A DNA stretch of 63,728 nt, the filler included, from Lenisia limosa (taxonomy: Eukaryota > Protista > Breviatea): NCBI GenBank assembly GCA_001655205.1. It is 8 parts of 8 records of this genome, joined end to end, with 100 filler letters (N's around TTAATTAATTAA, not from the genome) between each part and the next. Parts side by side here need not be neighbours in the genome. Positions count along the whole stretch, not along the records: positions 1 to 21,994 come from LPNZ01008394.1; positions 22,095 to 41,143 come from LPNZ01003684.1; 6 more parts are not named here. One strand, 5' to 3'. The notes beneath the pieces are model-generated. The model was given only the letters and a program-made list of their open reading frames with translations, was not told the origin of the DNA and searched no databases. Shown piece after piece: positions 13,075 to 22,379 of this stretch. The position numbers and the translations under genes are program-made. The number at the start of each line of letters is the position of its first letter. The stretch's first letter is position 1.

Positions 13075-15020
13075 CAAAGATAAAAAAGATACACAGGAGA
13101 GCAGCTGCGGAGTGGACGGGGACGGACTGGAGGGAGGGTGACCTCTTCCGGAGCGGGGCGGTGGGCGGTCTGGGCAGCGGGTAAACAGACTAGAGCGAGG
13201 CGGCGGGATGGTGATTACTTCTGTGGTGACGCGGCGGGTGATCTGGGCACTTGGAGTGCAAACCGTTTTATGGGTTTCACCTATCACATAATAATGTAAT
13301 AGGGATGACATTCAATTGTTGTAAATCGAATAGGTGGAGGTATGAGGGAAAGAAGGGGTAAAGTTAGTAGGGTGAGGGGTGAGGTTGGAAGACAAAGGTG
13401 AGGTTAGTGAGGTGGTGGGAGGTGAGTGAGGTACGTCAGGTACTCCCGGAACGACGGATGTGGGGCCATGGAAGGTCATGATCGGGTGGGTGGTGAGGTT
13501 GCCCGTGATGACCCCCCTNNNNNNNNNNNNNNNNNNNNNNNNNNNNNNNNNNNNNNNNNNNNNNNNNNNNNNNNNNNNNNNNNNNNNNNNNNNNNNNNNN
13601 NNNNNNNNNNNNNNNNNNNNNAGAATTGTAGGTGATGGGGATGGCGAAGGTGACAATGAAGGTGATAGGGAGTACGACAATGGTTGGACAGGTGTTGGCG
13701 AGGGCCCAGGGACCAAGGTGACGATGGAGTCCATGGCGACGGACGGGCTTTCAGGGACCGCAACTGGGAGGGCCAGCCCCCTCCTCCAAGAGGTCACAGC
13801 GGGTTTGCCAGACTCGGAGTGAGTGGTCGAGGAGGGCAATTGGCAGCTTGGCCAGTGCCTTGGAGTCGAGGAGGGATCTCATGTCCTCCTTGAGGCAACG
13901 GCAGATTCCTGCTGCCAGGCCTCCGGTGTGACTGAAAAGGGGGGCTTTATTCCTGGACGAGGGTCTGGTGGTGGCAGGCGAGAAAGGCCAACAGGTGTCG
14001 CGGCAAGCCGAAATGGCTCTCTTCTTGGTCTCCGGAGATGGGATTAGGAGCGCATCCATGACCATGGTCTTGATGGACGGGCCAATTTCCCACCTTAGGT
14101 TGACCATTGTTGAATGTTGGCAAACGGAGATCAGGTGGCGGAGGGATTCCTGGTGTGGAGGAGATGGAGCTGGGCACAGAGGGCAGTGTGGGGAGATGGG
14201 TGGATAGCGGCCCACCAACGTCTGGTGAGTAAGGAGCCACTGATGATCCGGAGGCGCATGTTCTCCCGTTTCCATGTTGGAGTTCTTCCCAGGCCCTTCT
14301 TCATGTCAGGGGGTAGGGTGTGGTTGGCATAGCACTTTTCGTTCTTGATAGGGTGGGAGATGTGGTCCCTCATTAGGCTCAAATGGAGCCGGTTGCTGTG
14401 AGCTTCCGCTGTCCTGGAAGCGTGACCAAGGCAGAAGGCACTGGTAGTCTGACCTGGGGTCCCTTCTGGTGAGACCTCCGGTGATGATGAGTACAGGATG
14501 AGGGGTCCTTGTGATTCGGTCAGGAGGAAGAGGATGTGTGGTTCCCATACTTCGACCCCTTGACCCGATGTCGCCTTCTTGGCAAGAAGGTCCGCACGGT
14601 TGTTGGTGATGGCTTCGGCACTCTTAGAGGCGGATTGGTGAGCCTTGACCCGCAGGATGGCGGGGAGGCTATCTAGGCTCCTACAAGCCTGGGAAATGAC
14701 CATGAGGATGGCGAAGGCGGCGTTCCTAGGGTGGGGTGACGTAGTCATGGCGTCATTGACGGCGTTCACCATTGCCCTGTTGTCACAGTGGATTGTAACT
14801 AGAGCTATCGGTGGGGCTATTAGGATGGCGTGGAGGACAGCTAGTCCTTCAGTTGCGTATATTGATGCTTCCATATTCGTGGCGTGGATCTTGAAATTTC
14901 AATTTTCAGCTTTGGGATGAATATTCCATATCCTGTTTTCCCGATGTAGTGAAGGAACCGTCCGTGAAAAAGTCAGCCGTTGCTGCTGTGGAGACAATCG
15001 GAATGAGAGGTAGAGGTGAA
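13064..15020 (-). mobile_element. 5'-truncated, decayed non-LTR retrotransposon (RNase H plus C-terminal CCHC region; L1/Tx1-group-like C-terminus; RT not present)
   Basis: Minus-strand RNase H and zinc-knuckle motifs (next feature), ~0.7 kb C-rich 3' region, flanked by the ~40-bp direct repeats at 13020-13063 and 15021-15060. Confidence 0.7.
13751..15000 (-). pseudogene. Frameshifted ORF2 remnant: ribonuclease HI domain and C-terminal CCHC domain of a non-LTR element
   Basis: Across frames: FFTDGS (~14970-14953), GKTGYGIF, SIYATEGLAV, IHCDN, RVKAH, NNRADLLAKKA (the D-E-D-H-D RNase HI set). Then RLRIISGSLLT / CPLCP..ESLRHLISVC and LRVWQTRC. At least three frameshifts. Confidence 0.8.
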
Positions 15021-15060
15021 ACAGCATTTTGAAAGGACAAAAAGTATTTATCGTAAAAAC
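15021..15060. repeat. Third copy of the ~40-bp repeat, at the 5' junction of the retroelement, 71-110 bp upstream of tRNA-Phe
   Basis: ACAGCATTTTGAAAGGACAAAAAGTATTTATCGTAAAAAC. Confidence 0.85.
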
Positions 15061-15130
15061 TAGCACGCGCCAAATGTCAAAATTTTGGTTCACTATGCTG
15101 AAGATATTTGGAACCTCTGAAAATGTACTA

Positions 15131-15203
15131 GCCGACTTAGCTCAATTGGGAGAGCGTACGACTGAAGATCGTAAGGTCCCCGGATCGATCCCGGGAGTCG
15201 GCA
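15131..15203 (+). tRNA. tRNA-Phe (GAA), intronless, 73 nt
   Basis: Cloverleaf: acceptor GCCGACT/AGTCGGC+A, D stem GCTC/GAGC, anticodon arm TACGA-CTGAAGA-TCGTA, T arm CCCGG-ATCGATC-CCGGG. Confidence 0.96.
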
Positions 15204-15204
15204 A

Positions 15205-15211
15205 TTTTTTT
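15205..15211 (+). terminator. RNA polymerase III terminator (T7)
   Basis: Run of 7 T starting 2 nt after the tRNA discriminator base. Confidence 0.8.
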
Positions 15212-15228
15212 ATTTCGGTATCGGCAAG

Positions 15229-16650
15229 AAAACATCGGGTGTCATCAGAGCGGCCTCTGGTGAATCTGTGGCAGAACTCGGCCGCAGCGTCTTGGCTAAG
15301 GGGTTAGAAAGCAAACATTTTACAAGAAGCCATAATAAAAAGATGTATGTGTATGGTTGGCTTTGTTTTTTTTTGTTTTGTTTTGTTATGTTTAATCAGA
15401 TGTTATATGGATGACCCCCCTCAATTTCGTATTTTTTTTATTTTATTTTTTTGACCCTACTTTTTAATTTTCTTGACTAAGCCCTCACAGCCGATTACGG
15501 ACTCATCGTCGCCAAACCCTCAGAGAGGCCCGCACGGCAACCTTAGCGCTATTTCGGCCTTCTACACCCAGGCTGTGACAAATGTAGCCAGTTCAGTGCC
15601 GGCATCGCCCTATCTCCTTGCCAAGGTGGGACTGCATTGTTTTGGATGAACTGAGGGGTTGCTTAGTTCTGCACTTTGTTTACCTTTATAGTGGATGATG
15701 TCAATTGGGGTGCCATTGGATTCTCCGTTTGCTCTTGAACTCTCTAAGGTGTGCCACGGTTATGCTATCTTTGGTACAGCTCTTCTAACAAACATATGGT
15801 ATTGTATAATGCCGAAGATGTAAATCTCTTGTATTTCGGAGAGTATTCCACTTTGGTGTTCGGAGCCTTTTCACACATTAGGTCAAATCGCTGATTGGCG
15901 GCAGCTGGATCCAAACCGCTGCTGAGGCTTTTGGGTTGCAAAAGGGGAACGATGTGTGTGGGATGGAAAGTGCTTTTTTTTATATTGTACTTTTCTTTCA
16001 TTATTTTAATATAATATCATAAACTGACGCTCTAGGTCAAGGAAGCGTTTTCTGAACTTATATACGCCGGGGTTGGGGGGGGGGTGCGCTGTTGCAGTGG
16101 ACCTCAAATCCTATTCATTTTGACTATTTAGCACATTCCTGGGGATACATTTGCCAATTTCAATGGGGCTGTTGCTGGACTGTCTGAGGATATCATCACT
16201 ATTGCACATCCGGTTGGTAATGTTTAACGCCTCTGTTTTGGTTACTTAAAAACCTCACATCAATAGCTCCGGATTGCCCACCGACGAATTGCCGCTGTAC
16301 CCCCCAAGTAATTTCTTATTCTGATGTTGTTTTGAAAAGTTGTAAATTATATGTATAAGTTTGTGCCATATCCATACAGGTCTGTCCAAATGGTTACAAT
16401 CGCAGAGGTGTAGATCATCTGACATAGAGTGACTGGGATAAGCCTTGACTGATTTGCTATTATATTTTCCAAGGAAAATCGGTCAAGACTTACAGTGTAT
16501 ACTTTTCTCTAGCTATATCATTTATATTTTGTAGATTTTTTTTTTTTTATATATGATATGAAATTTTCTGGTTTCGACCAAGGTTCCGAAAGAGTTCGGC
16601 ATCATTTTGAAACGGGCAAATGATTTTGATACTGAGAAAAAAAAGGATCA
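15229..16650 (+). CDS. Multi-exon hypothetical protein with no clear own start codon; possibly the 3' continuation of the CH-domain gene
   Basis: Phase-consistent exons: NSAAASWLR/DVIWMTPLNF/PITDSS..SPYLLAK/WMMSIGVPLDSPFALELSK/VKSLIGGSWIQ../VKEAFSELIYAG. 3' end uncertain. Confidence 0.45.
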
Positions 16651-16679
16651 AGTAATCAATAATATCCAGGTTCACACGT

Positions 16680-18650
16680 CTAGGAGTACATCTCGTTCAG
16701 CAGTTTGCGCATATCTTGGCGGTGTTTGTTCGCAGCCTATGATTTGTGAAAGAAGTTTTTAATAATAAACAGTGACATGATACATGATGTTGAGATTATT
16801 AACACCAACCCACCTTGTTTTTCTTATCAGAAGATTTTGATGCGTGTTTCAACTTAATCTTTCTTCCACTGATTGCCGACCGCACATAATCGCCATGGTC
16901 GCTATCACTGTCGCTGTCATACTAAAAGAAAATTAGGTCCTGTCATACTAAAAAAAAATAGGTCTCACGGACTGAGGCTGCAGGTTACTAATTAAAGGAC
17001 AAGATATCTTTAATAAGAAAGAGTATTTGTTTACAAACATCATAATCCTGACTGATGCGCACCAAAAAAGGAGACAAGTAGCAATATGGTACACATGTTT
17101 TCTTATAGTATATTATATACCCCAAAAACCTTTTTCTTTTTTCTTTTTGCACCATCCTTCTTGGACTTCTTGAAGCATCTGCAGATACAATCAAAGGATA
17201 CCCAAGAAGAAACAATCCATGAAACCGGAAATAACAATCGCTTTGATTAAAAATACGGTGTCTTTCCAATGGTGAAGAGCAGAAAACATCAAAACTATAT
17301 GACACAATTTAGTTACCAGCCATCATACTTGAAAGAGTCTTTAGGAGACGCGCTCTAAAGATACGTAAAAAGATATCAACTTGGAAGTTGAACAAAAAAA
17401 ACTATTAGAGAGAAATAAAATGAGAAAAATTTACTGACTTTCTATTGGTCAGAAAGAAGGAAGAGGGGGAAGGAGAATGCGTTTTAGCCACCCCTCACCC
17501 CCTCCCAGCATACCCTGCTTCTGCTTCTGGAGGGAGAGCGGCGGCGCCGGCGAACGGGCGATCTGAGGTGTTAAACAATATGTATTATGCAAAGTAATAT
17601 TGGTTGGTGTATTGAGAGTATCCCAAATAGTCCATCAAAATCTGAACATTTTGGCGTAAATACTGTTCTTTTGAAATATTTCATATGAGATGATATATAT
17701 ACCAAAATACACAAAACTTACGTTGAAGCAATAATAGAAAGCCTTAATTTACAATTTTCAACATGAAAAGAACCCACAAACCTCGATACCGACCGAGACA
17801 GTGACCAGGAGTGCCGCGATCTTCTCTCTTCGCGTCTGCGTCTTGCAACTACAGGTCAGGTCATGGGCTGGAGAAAGAAAAATCAACCTGGTGATCTCGA
17901 AGGAGAGCGCCGCCTTCTTGGCGGAGAGCTTGAGGGTGTTCTCACTGTCCTTCTCTCACGCCGCCTCTGTGCTGCTGGTGAAGGCGATTTCCTTGACGAG
18001 CGGACGGGGGACTGTGACGGAGACCTCCGTGAACGTCTCTCATGAGACACAGAACGTCTTGGTCTTCTGTCAGCAGGGGAACGCGATGAAAAAGGTGACC
18101 TGGGGAAGATCAAAAGAAAACCACCCAAAATGGACTGGCGGCTTCCTTTGGAATATGAAGAATAAGAATAAGAATAAGAATAAGAATAAGAATAAGAATA
18201 AGAATAAGAATAAATATACAAGGAAATCAATGAAAACGAATTGACAACGAATTCCCACATACCCCGAACGTGACCTTGCCCGCCTTGGCTTCCTGTTTAC
18301 TGGAGTGCGTGACCGTGACCGTCTCATATTTTCCCTGCTGTCCTTTCGAGAGCGCTGAAAGGTCACAAAAAGAACAAACTGGGTACTATGATTACACCCA
18401 CTCTTGCTGGTGATCTGGAGATTCGGCCATTTTTCGCCGGCTGGTTTCTTCTTCTACGATTAGTTGGTGAGGTGCTTCGCTCAGGAGTCCACAGTTCGGA
18501 CGCACTAAAGGTCAGATTTGGGGGAATAAAAAATTTCCATACTGTCGTCCCATTCTGCGTTAAATTTCCTTTAATATGGCTAAACTCTCTAATAGTAAGC
18601 GAAAGGTTCCACTGGAGGCGTAGAGAGAGGGGAAAGATATCTCTGACAGT
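16680..18650 (-). CDS. Arg/Ser-rich (SR-related) multi-exon protein
   Basis: Exons RRSRSRTPVNRKPRRARSRS (~18260-18350), SPSQSPVRSSRKSPSPAAQRRRERR (~17880-18090), SPVRRRRSPSRSRSR (~17520-17565); probable last exon AANKHRQDMRKLLNEMYS-TAG ending at 16680. 5' end uncertain. Confidence 0.6.
18158..18211. repeat. (AAGAAT)9 microsatellite in an intron of the SR-related gene
   Basis: Perfect 6-bp tandem array. Confidence 0.95.
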
Positions 18651-18969
18651 ATTTTTGCGTGATTTTTACTACAACAATTTCTACAAACTAACCATAAAGA
18701 CTACTATGCATTAAAAGAACCAAAAAAGAAAGAATTGGAGATTTTTCATTACTAACTTTAAAAATAACCACCCATGTTAAATAGCTATAAAAATCCAATT
18801 TTCCAAAACGCATGGAAGCAATCAAAATGCAAAACACCAATATATAGGATTGCTGTCTTCAAGTAATTACGATTAATTAAATTCGTAGGATACAGTCCAG
18901 TTTTTGAAGCTTATTAATGAGAACAACTGTTTTGTTGTCTGGAAAACCGTTCTTCAATCTTCCTTGATA

Positions 18970-21570
18970 ATGGAAGCTTCAACTGCTAAAAAGAACCTTA
19001 AAAAGTTGAGGCGGCCAGTTCTTGTGAACCTCCTTTCCAGACAGTATGTTGGTTATGTTTTCCCTGAAATTGATCTATTCTCAAAGTGGCCCGTGATTAT
19101 CCCAAATAACTTTCTTTCTATTTTTGGGAAATTCTTTATATTTATTATTCATTAATACTTTCATACCCGGCCGGGCAATAACGCCTGTTTCTCTCTCTCA
19201 AAATTCAGATGGGGAGTGAACATTTCTGAGCATGAAACGCTTGGCATTGAGGATATCATTGATACTGGACTGAAAATGCTGAGGCCTTCCCAAAACCTTG
19301 AACTTCCGGAAGTGGGCTGGGGTATTCCGGTGATTAACTGAAGGAAGTCTGAATTGTGGCGTTTGAGTCTTTTGGTGGCTATTCCTGTAATAATCGTAAA
19401 ATTACCAACAAGTCCAAATATAATTGAAGCGTTTTTCTACATTCATATAAAAGAAGCCTTTCTGTAACCATTCAGACCGCGGATCTTGAGTGCCTTCTTC
19501 TCACAACGGGGGTGACAAAACGGACGTGGACACGATTTGCTCTCGTTGACCCCTCCAATAAGCGCAAGAGACTTAACCTGTACGCCCTGGGCATGTTTTG
19601 TGTTGGGGAGGTGGCTGGTGGGAATCGAAAAACTATAAAATACCCGATAGTACTTTGCTGTGTGACTCTCAGTTCTCATGATTGGAAACGTTTCACTTCT
19701 ATCAACTTTCCCATTTGATGCCCTGCTCCTGAGACAATCTTAGTTTCAGTTTAGTCTCACCCTACAGTGATGCCAACTTCCTCTTCAAGCATCTGAATGA
19801 CAGTCTGAGTGGGGTGTCCCGCGACCCTGCTGTCAACGTCATCGAGCTTCGTCCGTATAATGCTATGGTAAGGCAGAGAGGAACAGAGGTTCAGAGGATA
19901 ACATAAGAAAGATATTACAACATATTATATTATATCATTATATCAACTTCCATTACTTTATTGACAATCTAAGTAGCATATTGTGTATTGATGAGTTGAT
20001 ATTCTTTTCTTGATGACAATTTTACTCTTTCAGTGGGTCAGAATACAAATTTCACAAACGACAAACACAAGTCCGTCATATGTTATTTTCTCGACTGCAG
20101 CCCCTTCTCTTGTTATGTGTGGTCCTGTTGGCAATCTGGTGGGTTGATACAGTGGGAAATGCCTCTTTTTGTTTATCGATTATCCAAACTATTACCGTGG
20201 CATCCATCCATGAGCTGTTCCTAGAGGTGGGATTAATGGTTTAGATTATAAATGAGGGCGCATGTTCTCTTGCTATCCACATTTTACCGCACTATGTTGG
20301 ATTATTGACCCCCCTCACATTCAGACGAAGCTTCTGGATGCAGTGCAGTCAGCCTTCCAGTGTTCAGAGGTTCGGGACTGCTCCGCCAAGGCTGCCGACC
20401 CTTGGGCCCTTTTGGCGTCCCAACTCCCGGCGGTATGCCTTTGGTGGATCCCTTTACTGCGTTTATGTACGAGCCTCACGGATCAGGACCCTAGTACCCC
20501 GGCTCCACAATTCAGTTTGGAGGGGCTGAGCTTCCTGAAGCGACCTCGAGAAGAAGACTCATCAAATTCGGGTATGAATGGAATCACTGTTACCCTCCTC
20601 ATCTTTTTAGAGTATTCTTCGTGTTTTCTCTTCTTCTTTGTCCTTTTTCTTTCTTTCTTTATTCGTTTCGCTGGCGGGTTAAGCTGANNNNNNNNNNNNN
20701 NNNNNNNNNNNNNNNNNNNNNNNNNNNNNNNNNNNNNNNNNNCTCATTTTGCAGTTGCGATTGTCAACCTGGATCTTCAAGAGGAGAACGAAAGAAATCT
20801 CAAGTTATTAAACATGGGATCACATACAAGCCAAAAGGTATGCTTCGAGGGAACTTTTTGGTTACTAAACGCCTTTCTAGTTTACTTTTTTGAGGAAGGA
20901 GAAGTGTAGTAAAAACAGCTGATATTGAAAACATGACTTAACATACAGTATATTTCTTAAGTTTAGCTATGAACACAGCTCCAGACCTTACTGCATAGGT
21001 CCCATCTAAAGTAATTGAGACATGTGTTCCCCTTCAAAGCGAATGCGCAGACCCAATGGGAATGGTGAGAGAGGAATTAAGAGGAATTAAAAGGTGGCTG
21101 TTTATTTTTTCAAACATTTTCATCATTTCCCCCCTAACCTCCTTAGGTGTCTCTCGGGCCCATTAAACTGAACATCAAGTTCACGGGACCCTCCGTCAAC
21201 ACCGGAATACGACATATGGCCTCGAACGGACAATGTGGGGGTAATAATGAAGTAAATGTAATATGATTATGAGGGGGAAATTGTATGTAAATTCTGCCTC
21301 CCCTTTAAATATTCTGGTCAAAGATTGGAAGGATACCCCATGGTACACACTCATCTTTTTAGGTCATCATTGGATTGCGGAAGACCTTTGAGGTCCCCCA
21401 GGGTTTGTTTGATTCTTTTGAGCCAAATGTGTGATTTGCATTTGTATTTTTTTTGTAATTGTAATTAGTGTAATAACAGCAGTGCTAGTGATGGATGTAA
21501 TTTTGTAATCTTCTTCCAGAACAGCAAAGGTGGCCTGATATCTTCGGATGAAAGTGATAATTACCTTTGA
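18970..21570 (+). CDS. Multi-exon protein, weakly Brix-domain (Rpf2-like) ribosome biogenesis factor
   Basis: ATG 18970 (MEASTAKKNLKKLRRP). Exons RFALVDPSNKRKRLNLYALGMF, AVNVIELRPY, PSLVMCG, ASIHELFLE and VSLGPIKLNI occur in the same order as the corresponding Rpf2/Brix motifs. Similarity judged by eye and low. Confidence 0.4.
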
Positions 21571-21574
21571 ACCA

Positions 21575-21950
21575 TCACGTTAAGATGCATTCAACAAAAT
21601 GAGTGGAACAGTGCACTCGAAAACGATACAGAACTTAAATAGAAACAATAAAATCAGTAAGTTTGGGAACACCTAAAAGATTAGAAAAAAACGAAGCCGA
21701 TGTGGTGCATAATCGACAAAATTGAAAGTATATGATATAAAATAGTAACGAAGTGGTGTACCTTTTGCATCGGGTGACTCCTGGCTCAAAACATGTGTCG
21801 TGGTAGACTTCGTGACAAACTGAAGCATAACCAGCAATTCACTTCAGCGAATAAAGCTATCATATGTAGTATTATAATTCATAATAGCGTCCCCCCCAAC
21901 CAAGACACTCGACACTTCCTTGAGAAAATGGAAACATAATTTCAGGACCA
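21575..21950 (-). CDS. 3' exons of a hypothetical protein cut by the assembly junction
   Basis: Minus-strand GT-AG bounded exons (ICDGPEIMFPFSQGSVECL; VLSQESPDAK); frames not fully resolved. Confidence 0.3.
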
Positions 21951-21994
21951 TCGCAAATCTGAAAATATGAATTCTATAAATCGTCTTAGTGTTC

Positions 21995-22094
21995 NNNNNN
22001 NNNNNNNNNNNNNNNNNNNNNNNNNNNNNNNNNNNNNNTTAATTAATTAANNNNNNNNNNNNNNNNNNNNNNNNNNNNNNNNNNNNNNNNNNNN
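21995..22094. other. Artificial assembly spacer
   Basis: N44-TTAATTAATTAA-N44, exactly 100 nt, with stop codons in all six frames. Confidence 0.95.
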
Positions 22095-22379
22095 TTAAAT
22101 CTATCACTTTAACAGTATTAAAGATAAAATCAAGCAATTTATACCCGGTTTTACTGGCAAAAAGACCCAAATTTAATTAATCACAAAGTTTTTAATTAAT
22201 CACAAGGTTTATGCGGAGCAGCATATATATTATATACTATATATATATGATATGTAATAGTATATATAATATACATTATACGTAGTACTACTACTAATAT
22301 ATCAATAGAGAAAAAAACTCCCAAATACTCAACAGCACATAGCTATTAGGTCTAACATTGTGGAAATTCCCACCCACGG

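Noticed and set aside
13312-13839. Pro/Ser/Thr-rich ORF in the retroelement 3' region as a real gene
   Set aside because: Low-complexity product expected from the strong C-skew; overlapping frames on both strands are similarly open, and the region is interrupted by a gap.
15029-15307. ORF running through the tRNA gene (dual coding)
   Set aside because: Short, with no protein-like character over the tRNA part; only its 3' end coincides with a plausible exon.
16072-16130. Base-pairing of 5' poly-G with 3' poly-C within the same intron
   Set aside because: Fully visible G-tract introns lack a C-tract and vice versa.
22039-22050. Recurring palindromic TTAATTAATTAA as a biological motif (7 occurrences)
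   Set aside because: Always centred in an exact N44-12-N44 block; it is a six-frame-stop assembly linker. Adjacency across these spacers cannot be assumed.
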